DNA from: an uncultured virus (IMG/VR IMGVR_UViG_3300027833_000038)
Lineage: Duplodnaviria; Heunggongvirae; Uroviricota; Caudoviricetes; Crassvirales
Length of the DNA stretch: 64,000 nucleotides
Strand: one strand, 5' to 3'
Virus record (IMG/VR): IMGVR_UViG_3300027833_000038
The position numbers and the translations under genes were made by a program. Below the pieces are notes generated by a model. It saw only the letters and a list, made by a program, of their open reading frames with translations, had not been told where the DNA came from and searched no databases. Positions 1 to 9,886 of the stretch are shown here, piece after piece; the first letter of the stretch is position 1, and the number at the start of each line of letters is the position of its first letter.

Positions 1-447
1 GTGCTCATAGTATCCCATTTCTCGTCTTCCTAATACCTTACCATCGCAAAAGCTTACATAACCTGCATTATTTTCTAATGGTTCTGAATATGATATCTTT
101 ACTGAAGCTTTATATCTAAGGGAAATAAGTTCAGCAAGTGCTATCGGTGGTGTATATGCACTGTCAAAATTAATCTTTAACAAGCTTGAATTCACACCTT
201 TGCTCATTATGTCAATCCATTTTGTTCCAAACAGGTACATGTAGTCAACATCACTAATGTTTTCCCTTTTTTCGTCCCACTCAATAAAGGTGAGTTGACT
301 CAAAGTAGAGAAGTTTCCTTTTGCTATGTGTTCCACACAAAAATCAGTAAACATGTCATAATCACTAAATGCTAGTAAATCATCTAGAACTTCTCCAAAA
401 GAAACGTTAGCACCGTATACGGTTAAATTGTTATTACAGATTGCCAT
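1..447 (-). CDS. Partial hypothetical protein, YubB/DUF1281 ferredoxin-like (runs off window)
   Basis: Own translation MAICNNNLTVYG...FGTKW...FDSAYTPP...YSEP matches the GTKW/F-x-T/SAW-x-PP/Y-x-EP pattern. Confidence 0.55.
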   Translation of the reverse strand, partial: MAICNNNLTVYGANVSFGEVLDDLLAFSDYDMFTDFCVEHIAKGNFSTLSQLTFIEWDEKRENISDVDYMYLFGTKWIDIMSKGVNSSLLKINFDSAYTPPIALAELISLRYKASVKISYSEPLENNAGYVSFCDGKVLGRREMGYYEH

Positions 448-448
448 G

Positions 449-1126
449 CTAGTTGTTGTTTTCTTCTAGTTCATAAATGATTTCAAAAAATACATAGTCC
501 GCATTATCACTATACTTGCTGTAGTCATTGTTTGTGAACTTTAACTCTGAATCAAAATCTTCTCTTGCATCGTCATAATAGCGTTTTACTATGAAGTTCT
601 TCATGTTCTCATATTCTCCAGCAAAAAAGGTTCTACCCATTACGAATTCTCCTTCAAGTGCATTATAAAACATTTCAATCTCTATAGTCCTTCCCTGAAC
701 CTTTCTCAAGTACTCAAATCTAGCCATATTAACCTTTCTCCTGATTCCAAACTGGTCATCATACCAATTTACCCAGTCTTCGTCTTCAAGCTCGTGATAG
801 CTCTTTAATTCAGCTTGTGAGCCTCCGAAGTCAAAAATAGCCCCTTCATCATAATAGTATTGAAATTCATTGAAAGTATTACATAGCATTAATTCGCAAT
901 GGTCTGAATCACTATCATCATCAAGGAGGTCGTCGTCATTTGTCCCTGATTGCGTAGCTGTATCTGACTGAGCCACAACGTCTTCGCTAGTTGTTGACGA
1001 TGAAATAGTCAAGTTGCCGTCAGTTCCATCAACGTTAATAAAAAGACTGTCGAGGTCTGATAAATCTGTTGCAACGCAACTTGCTGTAACAGTAATAAAA
1101 CTAAATAGTAATAGTAATTTTTTCAT
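449..1126 (-). CDS. Acidic lipoprotein
   Basis: MKK + hydrophobic stretch + TASC lipobox (Cys17). Confidence 0.7.
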   Translation of the reverse strand: MKKLLLLFSFITVTASCVATDLSDLDSLFINVDGTDGNLTISSSTTSEDVVAQSDTATQSGTNDDDLLDDDSDSDHCELMLCNTFNEFQYYYDEGAIFDFGGSQAELKSYHELEDEDWVNWYDDQFGIRRKVNMARFEYLRKVQGRTIEIEMFYNALEGEFVMGRTFFAGEYENMKNFIVKRYYDDAREDFDSELKFTNNDYSKYSDNADYVFFEIIYELEENNN

Positions 1127-1130
1127 TTGA

Positions 1131-1523
1131 TTAAATTTTATTTGTTTGATATTTGTCTTTCCAAAACTTAGACTTTTTTGTGTAAGGTCTACGCTCTGAT
1201 TCTTCTACGTATTTCGTCTCCTCTTTAATGTCTTGTTTTGAGGTCTCTTTAAAATACCCTAACCTGATAAGGTCCTCAGTTATTACGTGTGAATTTTCAT
1301 AAAATCCATCCCATAAATAACTTCTAATCGACTCTTCAATTTCGGACTTAAATGTCCTAGCTATTTTGTCGAGTGCATCCTGTAAATAATCTTCTGTCGC
1401 TTCGTTCTTATTTCCCTTAACAACATTAACCATCTTTCCAACAGGCAATTTTCTTGTGTTATCTGCGTACTCATTAAGCATACTCTCGAGCTCAACTGTT
1501 CCCCAATTAAAAATGCTCTTCAT
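1131..1523 (-). CDS. Hypothetical protein
   Basis: 130-aa ORF, tightly packed in operon. Confidence 0.7.
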   Translation of the reverse strand: MKSIFNWGTVELESMLNEYADNTRKLPVGKMVNVVKGNKNEATEDYLQDALDKIARTFKSEIEESIRSYLWDGFYENSHVITEDLIRLGYFKETSKQDIKEETKYVEESERRPYTKKSKFWKDKYQTNKI

Positions 1524-1705
1524 AATATATCCCCGTATTCTAAATTTTCATCCTCTTCAATGCTGTAAAACTCCATGTATGATGTTATAGTTCCTGAAGT
1601 TAAACAGGTTTCACAAACGTAAAATTCTTGAACGCATTGTTTGGAATGATTGAATTCATAATCCTCAATTATGATTGTATCTTCCTTACATCTAGGGCAA
1701 TTCAT
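1520..1705 (-). CDS. Small zinc-ribbon protein
   Basis: CPRC...CETC; 4-nt overlaps with both neighbours. Confidence 0.7.
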   Translation of the reverse strand: MNCPRCKEDTIIIEDYEFNHSKQCVQEFYVCETCLTSGTITSYMEFYSIEEDENLEYGDIL

Positions 1706-2577
1706 GATAACGATTTTTTTAGGTCATCAAAATCTTTGCCGTATCTATCCTGCAAAAAGCTTTCAAACTCTTCTTTGTCTTCTTCTCTAAATAGAATATC
1801 TGTAGCTGTAGAAAATACATTAGAGGTTTGTGTAGTTATAATCCACAACGGAAAGTCTAAAGTTTCGGTTTCTTGCTGCAAATCCTCTAAGAGTTCTAAA
1901 ACAAACCCCTTGTGTGGAATGGTGTCGTCTACCCAGCCTGTAATCCATCCATCGAATGTTAACCATCCATCCTGAAATTCAAGGTCATAATAGCCCCTCC
2001 AACCATCGGTGTTTTTCCACTCCATTTTTTTTACTGGAAATTCTCCCTCTTCTTTACCCCAAAGTTCCTCAAGGTGTGGGTTCAATGCGCCAAACAGGGG
2101 GCTAAAGGAATATCTCTCCCCTACGTCATAGTTATAATCTCCATAAGGTACGCAGCTTGCCGAACTCTCCATCTCTGAATGCTCACAACTCTCACAACAC
2201 AAAACGTCTTCCCCTTTGTGGGTCTTTCCGTATCTGTAAAAATCTTCATCCATGTTTATGTCTTCCTCGCAAATGTCACACTTGGAAGTTTTTTTAGGCT
2301 CCTCCTCAGATTTTATGTTAACCTGTTTACTGAAGTTTATTAGGTCAGCACTTGTATCAGGAAAAACGTTTATAGTCTTATTAATTAAAGTTTCTATTTC
2401 GTCATAAGCACCATTATAATAATCCTGCGCATCATCTGATAGAAATTCTCCATCTTTAACAAAAGTCTTGTTTTTAAATTTCACTTCTGTTTCTCTTATT
2501 GCAAGCTCATCTATTAACTCCATAAAGTTGCTGCTGTCTACTATATTTTTATTATCTACTATGCTATAATTTGCCAT
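1702..2577 (-). CDS. Hypothetical acidic protein with Zn-binding motif
   Basis: CDIC...CCESC; 291 aa. Confidence 0.7.
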   Translation of the reverse strand: MANYSIVDNKNIVDSSNFMELIDELAIRETEVKFKNKTFVKDGEFLSDDAQDYYNGAYDEIETLINKTINVFPDTSADLINFSKQVNIKSEEEPKKTSKCDICEEDINMDEDFYRYGKTHKGEDVLCCESCEHSEMESSASCVPYGDYNYDVGERYSFSPLFGALNPHLEELWGKEEGEFPVKKMEWKNTDGWRGYYDLEFQDGWLTFDGWITGWVDDTIPHKGFVLELLEDLQQETETLDFPLWIITTQTSNVFSTATDILFREEDKEEFESFLQDRYGKDFDDLKKSLS

Positions 2578-2580
2578 GAT

Positions 2581-2847
2581 TTAATTTTTATTTATTTCTT
2601 GTAATTCTTTTAAAAAATTTTCTGAATTCTTTAAGCACAATGAAAGCTGAGTCTTTAAAATTGTATTGTTATGCTCTAACTTACTGTATGCTGATTCACT
2701 ATCATCATTTTCGAGTCTAGAAATTAATTGATTAAGTCCCGAAACAATTCCTGCGTGTTCATGTGCGCTGTGGCTGTCATTTACCCACTCTTCGTTTTCA
2801 TCCATGATGTCTTGAACTATTGCTTTTATTTTGTCTAGTGTTATCAT
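2581..2847 (-). CDS. Hypothetical protein
   Basis: 88-aa ORF in operon. Confidence 0.65.
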   Translation of the reverse strand: MITLDKIKAIVQDIMDENEEWVNDSHSAHEHAGIVSGLNQLISRLENDDSESAYSKLEHNNTILKTQLSLCLKNSENFLKELQEINKN

Positions 2848-2849
2848 AA

Positions 2850-3338
2850 TTAATAAGCTGAAGTTAATTTGTTTTGATTCTGTTCAAATGATTCGTCTTC
2901 CCACTCGTTCCAATCATGTCTGGTAAGTTCGTGAAAATGTCTTGAAAGGTCTTCAGCTATGCTCTGCAATTCACTATCTTCATTCCAGTCGTCAACTGTG
3001 CAGTCATTCTGAATACGTCCTAACATTCCGCCTCCTAAATAGTTTTGATAAGCTGTCATTCTCTCCCCTTCGTAACCATAAGGCTCAAGGTCAATTTCAA
3101 CACCGCCTCCACGTGTAGAAATTTTCTGTCTTAATACAATAAAACTTGAGGCGATAATTCCTCCCACGCTATCAAAAGCTGCGGGATTGGTTAGTAGTTC
3201 AAATCCTATCCGTGCAATTCCTAGCCCTACTATGGCTGTTCCTACTGATTGGATTCCTAAGATTAAATAATCTGGAGCTGTGTCTTGGTCTGCCCATTTG
3301 TTGAATAGACCTAATAATTGATTGATTGTTTTTTTCAT
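2850..3338 (-). CDS. Hypothetical protein with N-terminal hydrophobic segment; first gene of early unit
   Basis: 162 aa, directly downstream of consensus promoter. Confidence 0.7.
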   Translation of the reverse strand: MKKTINQLLGLFNKWADQDTAPDYLILGIQSVGTAIVGLGIARIGFELLTNPAAFDSVGGIIASSFIVLRQKISTRGGGVEIDLEPYGYEGERMTAYQNYLGGGMLGRIQNDCTVDDWNEDSELQSIAEDLSRHFHELTRHDWNEWEDESFEQNQNKLTSAY

Positions 3339-3369
3339 TACGTGTAAATTTAAATTGTGATTGATGTTT

Positions 3370-3402
3370 CAAAGATATAAAAAAATGTTTAATAAAAACA
3401 AA
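3370..3402 (-). promoter_or_regulatory. Bacteroidota sigma70-type promoter (-33 TTTG, -7 TATCTTTG)
   Basis: Minus strand TTTG (3402-3399), 21 nt, TATCTTTG (3377-3370). Confidence 0.75.
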
Positions 3403-3418
3403 TTATTGTTAATAATAT

Positions 3419-3811
3419 TTAAATTAGTGTTGAGTCTCCTTTGTTTGCTGCGATTCTAGTTGCAAAAATTGCGACCATTGATTCAAAATCTATATTTGAA
3501 TTCTCCCAGTTATAGTCATGCGGATACTCTTTACAAAATTCCTGCGCAATATTATAGGCTGTATCAAATTGTTGAAATAGGGTGGCATTAAATACTTCCT
3601 GCTGTATTATCATTGCGGTAACCAATGCCAAATCCTTCGTTCTATCCGCTTGTCGCTTCCTGTCTTCGTTAAAATTATCGAGCGCATCTTGTTTGACTAT
3701 TTCAATAGACCTTGTACGTACAAATTCCCTTGCCGTTTTGTCTTCTCTTTCGGCTTCGTGCTGTCTCATAGCTTTTTTTAAATTATGATTAAAGTTTTCT
3801 TTTGCTCCCAT
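3419..3811 (-). CDS. Hypothetical protein
   Basis: 130-aa ORF. Confidence 0.7.
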   Translation of the reverse strand: MGAKENFNHNLKKAMRQHEAEREDKTAREFVRTRSIEIVKQDALDNFNEDRKRQADRTKDLALVTAMIIQQEVFNATLFQQFDTAYNIAQEFCKEYPHDYNWENSNIDFESMVAIFATRIAANKGDSTLI

Positions 3812-3812
3812 G

Positions 3813-5564
3813 TTATTTAGAATTTCTGATTAAAAATTTAAGTATTTTTTTCTCTAGAATAGCCCAATCTTCTGAGTCCCTGTTCACCTTTCTATCGGTT
3901 GAAAGTTCAAACCATTTCACAGTATTACCTAGGCTTTCGCTTATCGAGTTCTGGACCATTTCTTTGGACCAATCGTCAATATTTACTTGCTTGCTGTAAA
4001 CTACTTTTTCCTGTCTTTCTAATTTGAGCACTTCAATAACCTCCTGAACGCCATCTAAACAGGACTTTTCGTCATCGGTTAGGCTTAAGCTTTTAAGCTT
4101 GTGTGTTTCACTATCATAGATTATGCAACTATAACCCATCAATCGCCCGTCCCATACGCTTGGAGCATAACAAATGTGTTCCCCGTTCCCAATAGGCTCA
4201 ACATCAAAATGCTCTAGTTTCTGGTTAAAAAACTTTAAGCTTTCAGCATCAAAATAGTTGGACGTTTCAGCGGTATTCTCTGCTATTTCATAAATGGTAA
4301 CTTGCTTGCTGTTTAATTTATTTACAAGGGCATAGCCTATTGCTTTTTGCCCTGCAAATTCTGTTATATATATATTATAATCATTGCCCTGATTTCCTCC
4401 AATGTTTAGCACCTCGTAAACGTTCCAATTTTGCGCCTCTTGTGGACTGCTAAAAGTCATTTCACAAACCATGTCAGTATTAAATGATTTTTTAAGGTGT
4501 TTTCTTAAGTCCTCTTCGCCTCTTGCTTTTGTAAGTTCGCTATGATTAATAAATACTTGCTTAGAAGCCAATACAAGCTTCTCAGTTGCTTTTTTAGGCT
4601 TGGACGGGGTTTTGTCCCCGTCTTTACCTATAATCAATTCAACGCCCTTTAGAGCCTGACTCATTGCGTAAATTACTTCTTTTTCTTGCTCTTGTAGTTT
4701 CTTAACCCAGCCGTTAATATAAGCTTGTGAATTTACCATGCTATCTTTTGGGTCTAGGTTACAAAGTCCTGTTAAGTACCAAGCGCCTATTTCGGCAACT
4801 AATTCTTCTTTGCTGTAAAGTTCATCGCCTGAGCGCTTAATATCTACTAAGCTTTTTCTTTTTAATCTGCTGCTGTGTCCCGTGCTGTGAATTAGCTCGT
4901 GAAACAAAGTTTTGTAGTAGCTGTCAATATCGAAAAACTGATTAGCATTTGGCATCTGTACGTGGTCCCGAGCTGGTACGTAATGGGCTGAGCTGCCCCC
5001 GTGCTCAAGTGTTGGGCTGTTGGGATAATTCTTGTAAATGGCTTCCGCTGTTGGAATTAATTCTATTGGCTGAACCTCTACAGGTTCCACCGTGTTTCTA
5101 GGTGTAATATTGTCGGCTTGCTCAATATTAAACACTAAGTAGTATCTTAGGCTCCAAGACTCCCTAAGTTTACCGTTGATAACGTCAGTAGGTAGATTGA
5201 AAGATTTTCTAGCCTGTGCCTGTGTTATATATTTACCTGTTTCTTTTATTTCATAACTCAATACCCAAAGGGTAACGGCTGACGCCTTTTCGCCTTTGCG
5301 AATAGCACCGCCACACTCGGAAATATTTTTGAACGTGCCCCACTCATTGGACTTGTAGCCCTTTTCTCTAGCTACTGCACTTAGTAGTTGCTTATTAATA
5401 CCGTTGTAGGCTCTACCTGTGGCGTGATTGATTGGACCGTATAAGCTACCATCCTCGTTTTTCCACGGCATGAACCATTTTAAACCGTCTTTCTTTAAGC
5501 CCTCTAGAACTAGGGTGTTAATCTTTGTAAACGCTGTTACTTTAATAGTTGAATTGTTTTTCAT
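3813..5564 (-). CDS. ardC: ArdC-family ssDNA-binding/zincin metallopeptidase with C-terminal extension
   Basis: PW...N..TGRAYNGIN...WGTF...IRKGEK; HELIHSTGH (HExxH)...YSKEELVAEIGA. Confidence 0.8.
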   Translation of the reverse strand: MKNNSTIKVTAFTKINTLVLEGLKKDGLKWFMPWKNEDGSLYGPINHATGRAYNGINKQLLSAVAREKGYKSNEWGTFKNISECGGAIRKGEKASAVTLWVLSYEIKETGKYITQAQARKSFNLPTDVINGKLRESWSLRYYLVFNIEQADNITPRNTVEPVEVQPIELIPTAEAIYKNYPNSPTLEHGGSSAHYVPARDHVQMPNANQFFDIDSYYKTLFHELIHSTGHSSRLKRKSLVDIKRSGDELYSKEELVAEIGAWYLTGLCNLDPKDSMVNSQAYINGWVKKLQEQEKEVIYAMSQALKGVELIIGKDGDKTPSKPKKATEKLVLASKQVFINHSELTKARGEEDLRKHLKKSFNTDMVCEMTFSSPQEAQNWNVYEVLNIGGNQGNDYNIYITEFAGQKAIGYALVNKLNSKQVTIYEIAENTAETSNYFDAESLKFFNQKLEHFDVEPIGNGEHICYAPSVWDGRLMGYSCIIYDSETHKLKSLSLTDDEKSCLDGVQEVIEVLKLERQEKVVYSKQVNIDDWSKEMVQNSISESLGNTVKWFELSTDRKVNRDSEDWAILEKKILKFLIRNSK

Positions 5565-5632
5565 AATACGTGTTATTTAATTAGATTGATTTGATTGAAC
5601 AGGACAAACAACGGAATTATTAACGAGACTAC

Positions 5633-5640
5633 CAAATTTA
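5633..5640 (-). promoter_or_regulatory. Putative -7 element TAAATTTG upstream of ardC-like gene
   Basis: Matches TAnnTTTG. Confidence 0.5.
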
Positions 5641-6123
5641 TTAACAATCTTTTTTACTATGAATGTTGTAGATACCTTGACAGCCCCCGTCAATGCTCGC
5701 TTTACACGTGGAAAAAAAATATTCAATTGCACAACTTTACTATGCTTTTATTATAGTATATAGGAGGTTATTTCGAGGCTGTGAGTGTCTTATCGTGATA
5801 GTTTTTGAGGATAGGGGTAGGAAAACGTAAAATATAGCTGTGGGACCGCACCAATACTGATAACAAAAGGTAAAAAAACCATTCCAACCGCTCAAAAACC
5901 CAACCCCGTGGGTCAACTAGAAACGACTTTCCAAATCGACCCCTCGCCTCCAGTTTAATATATAACCCAGTTGCTCTTAGTATTTGATGTGTTACCAAAA
6001 GTGGACACCAACGCTGTATATATAGTGTACCCTTATTTGTCTAGTTATGGTATCACAAAGAGCTCTTATGTATATTTCCTATTCTTGTTGTTGCCTCTTA
6101 TTGTTTATAGGCATCTGAGGGAT

Positions 6124-6131
6124 TATATTTG
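6124..6131 (+). promoter_or_regulatory. Putative -7 element TATATTTG
   Basis: Upstream of first plus-strand ORF (6167). Confidence 0.45.
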
Positions 6132-6166
6132 TTGTATCTTTACGGTTCACAATTAAATCTATTAAA

Positions 6167-6328
6167 ATGGAAACAGGAGTATTGAAGAAAGTATTAGCAA
6201 GAATCGAAGAATGTCTTAAGGACGATAGTTTAGATTTAAAGCAGTTAGAGGTCTTAGGTCTATTGTATACTCAAATACAACAAGGAGCTATGATGAATAA
6301 CGCAGCCCCTGCGCAACGGGCTAGATAA
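6167..6328 (+). CDS. Small hypothetical protein (53 aa)
   Basis: Own translation METGVLKKVLARIEE...AQRAR; A-rich leader. Confidence 0.55.
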   Translation: METGVLKKVLARIEECLKDDSLDLKQLEVLGLLYTQIQQGAMMNNAAPAQRAR

Positions 6329-6337
6329 CAAAAAACC

Positions 6338-6484
6338 ATGGAGCTCACAATAACAAACCTGATACCTTTCCAGTTAATGGTTGGGATTGAATTTTATCCA
6401 GAAGAGTTTACTAAAGAAGGTAAGCATTATTGGAATGAATTTACGGTTTATTTGTTTATTGTAAGCATTAAGCTTGCGTGGTAA
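6338..6484 (+). CDS. Small hypothetical protein (48 aa)
   Basis: Own translation MELTITNLIPFQLMVGIEFYP...IKLAW. Confidence 0.55.
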   Translation: MELTITNLIPFQLMVGIEFYPEEFTKEGKHYWNEFTVYLFIVSIKLAW

Positions 6485-6504
6485 AACATTTTGGTGTACA
6501 TTTG
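6474..6504 (+). promoter_or_regulatory. Promoter for groEL operon (TTG-N20-TACATTTG)
   Basis: TACATTTG at 6497-6504, TTG at 6474-6476. Confidence 0.6.
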
Positions 6505-6534
6505 AGGCATTATTAATCAAATAAAATACACAAA

Positions 6535-6609
6535 ATGAAACTATTCAACTTTTTTTTAGGGTTAACCATAGGGTTATCCTTTTCTTTCGTCTTATTTTTT
6601 AACTCATGA
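6535..6609 (+). CDS. Hydrophobic micro-peptide (24 aa)
   Basis: MKLFNFFLGLTIGLSFSFVLFFNS; ATGA overlap with groEL start. Confidence 0.35.
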   Translation: MKLFNFFLGLTIGLSFSFVLFFNS

Positions 6610-8201
6610 TAGAAAAAGAAATTTCCTTAAACCCAAGAGACCGAGTATTAAAAGGCATCAAAGTGTTGAGAGACGCTGTTGGTTCAACGCTAGGACCTGG
6701 TGGCTCGACAGTATTATTAGAAGACGCAATTGGTAGACCTCATTCTACTAAAGATGGGGTTACAGTTGCTAGAGCTATAAACCTCAGCGACCCCGTAGAA
6801 CATTTAGCTATGTCGGTTGTCCGTCAGGCTTCCCTGAAAACTGGAGATAATGCAGGCGATGGGACGACAACTTCTGTGGTTATAGCTTATGAGATGATTG
6901 CAGTTGCAGATGAAATTCTTAAAGATAATCCAGAATTAAACGTACATACAGTTTGTCGTATACTAAAGGAGGAAGTGGAGTCTGCTATAGAATATATAGG
7001 TAGAAAAGTAATTAAGGCTGATTCTGAACTATTAGCTAATGTGGCTAAGATTTCTGCAAATAACGACCAAGAAATAGGAAAGCTTATCGCTGATGCTTAT
7101 TTAGAGCTAGGAGAAGGAGCTGTCTTTACTATAGAAGAGTCTCTCGACTCAAGAACCTATGTAGAAGCTATAGAGGGAACAAGACTTAAAAAAGGATACT
7201 CAAGTGCTTATTTAATAAATGACACCGACAAGTCTAGAGTTATTTATGATAATTCGCTTGTTTTAATATCTGACAAGCCTATAGAGACTATAGAGAGTAT
7301 TATGGAAATATTAAAGTTTTCTAATACAAACCAAAAACCACTTTTAATTGTAGCTGACGTTGAGGAGAAAGTACTGCAAGCCTTAAATGTAAACAAAGCT
7401 TCTGGGAAACTTAGAGTCAATGTAGTTGCTCCTGAAGGTTTTGGTAACAGTAGGTTTGAGTTGTTACAGGATTTATGCCTAATGACTGGGGCTGAACTTA
7501 TATCAGATGAGACAGGAGATAATTTCCTACACATAACACCAGATTTTTTAGGTAAGTGCAAAAAGGTTATATCGACCTCTACAGAGACAACTATTGTTTT
7601 ATCCAGCGGAACGGCTAAAGCCGTTAAAGGTAGATTAAAGGAAGTGAAAGATACCATGGCAAAAAACACCGAAAAGTCATTAAAGTATCATCTTAAAGAC
7701 CGTTTGTCTAGATTACACGGAGGAGTAGCTGCTTTTTACGTTGGCGCTCAAACTGAAGTAGAGATGAAGGAAAAAAAGGATAGAGTGGATGATGCAGTTC
7801 AAGCTACCAGAGCAGCCCTAGAAGAAGGAGTTGTAGCTGGTGGAGGTGTATCTTATTTAAATGCATCTAAACGAGCAGAAAGAAAAAGTAAAAGCTCTAA
7901 GGATAAGTTTGAAAAAGTAGTCAATAAGATTATATATCTAAGTTTACAAGAGCCTATTTTTAGGATATTAGAAAACAGTGGATGTGATACTCAAGATATA
8001 ATGTTAAATGTATATAAGTCTCCTAGAATAAACTACGGATATGATGCTAAAAACATGAGATACGGAGATTTAGTGTCAATGGGCATAGTAGACCCGTACA
8101 AGGTCGTGACAAATACACTTAGAAATGCAACTTCAGTTGCTGTAGAAATATTAACAACGCAATGTATTGTAACAAATAAAAGAGCAGATGGTAGGTCCTG
8201 A
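6606..8201 (+). CDS. groEL: Phage chaperonin GroEL
   Basis: TLGPGG, TKDGVTVA, AGDGTTTS, EEGVVAGGG, GIVDP motifs. Confidence 0.97.
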   Translation: MIEKEISLNPRDRVLKGIKVLRDAVGSTLGPGGSTVLLEDAIGRPHSTKDGVTVARAINLSDPVEHLAMSVVRQASLKTGDNAGDGTTTSVVIAYEMIAVADEILKDNPELNVHTVCRILKEEVESAIEYIGRKVIKADSELLANVAKISANNDQEIGKLIADAYLELGEGAVFTIEESLDSRTYVEAIEGTRLKKGYSSAYLINDTDKSRVIYDNSLVLISDKPIETIESIMEILKFSNTNQKPLLIVADVEEKVLQALNVNKASGKLRVNVVAPEGFGNSRFELLQDLCLMTGAELISDETGDNFLHITPDFLGKCKKVISTSTETTIVLSSGTAKAVKGRLKEVKDTMAKNTEKSLKYHLKDRLSRLHGGVAAFYVGAQTEVEMKEKKDRVDDAVQATRAALEEGVVAGGGVSYLNASKRAERKSKSSKDKFEKVVNKIIYLSLQEPIFRILENSGCDTQDIMLNVYKSPRINYGYDAKNMRYGDLVSMGIVDPYKVVTNTLRNATSVAVEILTTQCIVTNKRADGRS

Positions 8202-9015
8202 AAAATCAAAAGTAGTTAGTAAGAAAGATATACCGACTATACACTGGTGCATGAAAAAAGGTGACCCAGCTTATCAAGAGCAAGCTGATGGTAGCGCAGA
8301 ACCTACTATTGTTGCCTTTAAAGACAAGGTGAAACATGTAGATATTTCAGATATATTAGTTCCTGCAAACTCTCATCTACCTCAATGGTACAAGAGGCTA
8401 AATGTTAAAACAGATATAGAGAACGAAAACACATTAAGTGTAAAGACTTGCGTGTCTTTTATTAATCTTTTCAAAAATTCATACTTATTTTTATCTCCAA
8501 TTGATTTTTCAGTAGAAGTAGGTCGAAATGGATTTAGAGTTCACATAGAAAAAGACCAAAGGAATTATAACTTTGCTAGAATAGTTTCTCATACTCACGT
8601 TGATATGGACCAATATAAGGAAACGGGAATGCAGGGAGAAAGTCAATTAGGACCTTGGTTTGACAAAAACTATATGAACTTAAAACTAGACACGGCTTTG
8701 ACATTAAAATCCCCAAAGGGAAGAGTAGACTTAGTCCACATGCCTTGTTTTTGGTGGAATCCACAAAGTCCCTTGCAAGCTGTGCAGGGAATACTTCCAA
8801 TTATAGATACTTATGACGTTGGTCTAAATATTAATTTTTTAGTAAGAAGAGACGAAACTAGAACGATTACTGTAAAAAAAGGAACGCCACTTGCTATGTA
8901 CTATTCTCCTATAGGCGAGTTAAACTTTGAAGAGCATGATATAGCACAAACTCTTCCAGGAATAAGCAAATATCCAGCAGAAACTAAAAAATGCCCTTAT
9001 ACTTATAATTTATGA
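8188..9015 (+). CDS. Hypothetical protein (possible dUTPase-like beta fold)
   Basis: SVKTC...SPIDF...VKKGTPLAMYY pattern. Confidence 0.5.
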   Translation: MVGPEKSKVVSKKDIPTIHWCMKKGDPAYQEQADGSAEPTIVAFKDKVKHVDISDILVPANSHLPQWYKRLNVKTDIENENTLSVKTCVSFINLFKNSYLFLSPIDFSVEVGRNGFRVHIEKDQRNYNFARIVSHTHVDMDQYKETGMQGESQLGPWFDKNYMNLKLDTALTLKSPKGRVDLVHMPCFWWNPQSPLQAVQGILPIIDTYDVGLNINFLVRRDETRTITVKKGTPLAMYYSPIGELNFEEHDIAQTLPGISKYPAETKKCPYTYNL

Positions 9016-9272
9016 AAGCAATAGGTTTTAATATAGTTGTAGAAGAAATAAACGAAAAAATAATGTCAGGAGATATTATTATAACCTCGTCTGTAGATTC
9101 AGATGTTAGACACAAAAAAGGTAAGATTGTTACAATAGGAGACAAGGTTACTGAAGTAAAAGCAAACGATATTGTTTACTATGACGCCAGATACAGCAGT
9201 AATATGCGATTGTCAGATGGAAAAAAGATTGTTTTAGTTGAAGAAAGAGGAATCGTAATTAAAGAAGAATGA
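9012..9272 (+). CDS. groES: Co-chaperonin GroES
   Basis: 86 aa; GKIVTIG..V.EVK.NDIVYY pattern; in groEL operon. Confidence 0.85.
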   Translation: MKAIGFNIVVEEINEKIMSGDIIITSSVDSDVRHKKGKIVTIGDKVTEVKANDIVYYDARYSSNMRLSDGKKIVLVEERGIVIKEE

Positions 9273-9886
9273 AAATAGGACAGATACCAGTACCTTACCA
9301 CGTTGTAAAGTACCCAAGCCACAAGGAAAATAAAAAAGCGCTAATGGAGCTTATAGGCTCTGCCGAAGGTCAATCAGTAAAAGACAACTACAACGTATTG
9401 ACAATGACTGACTTAGGAATGGCTTGTAACAGAACCTACATGGATAAGATACTTCATGAAGAGTTTAGTCAATTATTTAAAAATTTTACCACTTGGTGGA
9501 ATTTGGAGCAAGGTCTTCCTGATTGGGCTCAGTTAACTTATGACTTCTGGTACATACAATATGAGCAAGGAGATTATGTAAAATGGCATAACCATCCATT
9601 AAGCACAATGTCTGCTGTTTATTATGTTGACCTACCAGAGACTAAGGATGTAATTTCCTTTAAATCATTTGATGGAGAGCATGTTTATCGACCAGAAGTG
9701 GAAGAAGGGGATGTATTATTCTTTCCTTCAACAATGCCACACTCGACTATCTGTACTTCTGAAAAAGGAAAGACATCTATAAATTTCAATCTAAAAGCTG
9801 GATTTGATGACAAGTATGCACAACAAGTTAAAAATTTCCAGGAAGACGCTGAGAAAAAAGATGATGTGACTCTTGAAACTATTTGA
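9269..9886 (+). CDS. 2OG-Fe(II) oxygenase-like protein
   Basis: WHNHP..MSAVYYV...FFPSTMPH...SINFN. Confidence 0.75.
   Translation: MKIGQIPVPYHVVKYPSHKENKKALMELIGSAEGQSVKDNYNVLTMTDLGMACNRTYMDKILHEEFSQLFKNFTTWWNLEQGLPDWAQLTYDFWYIQYEQGDYVKWHNHPLSTMSAVYYVDLPETKDVISFKSFDGEHVYRPEVEEGDVLFFPSTMPHSTICTSEKGKTSINFNLKAGFDDKYAQQVKNFQEDAEKKDDVTLETI

Noticed and set aside
5768..6156. ORF-track entries 5768-5998 (-) and 5971-6156 (+)
   Set aside because: Atypical composition and weak starts; treated as non-coding control region
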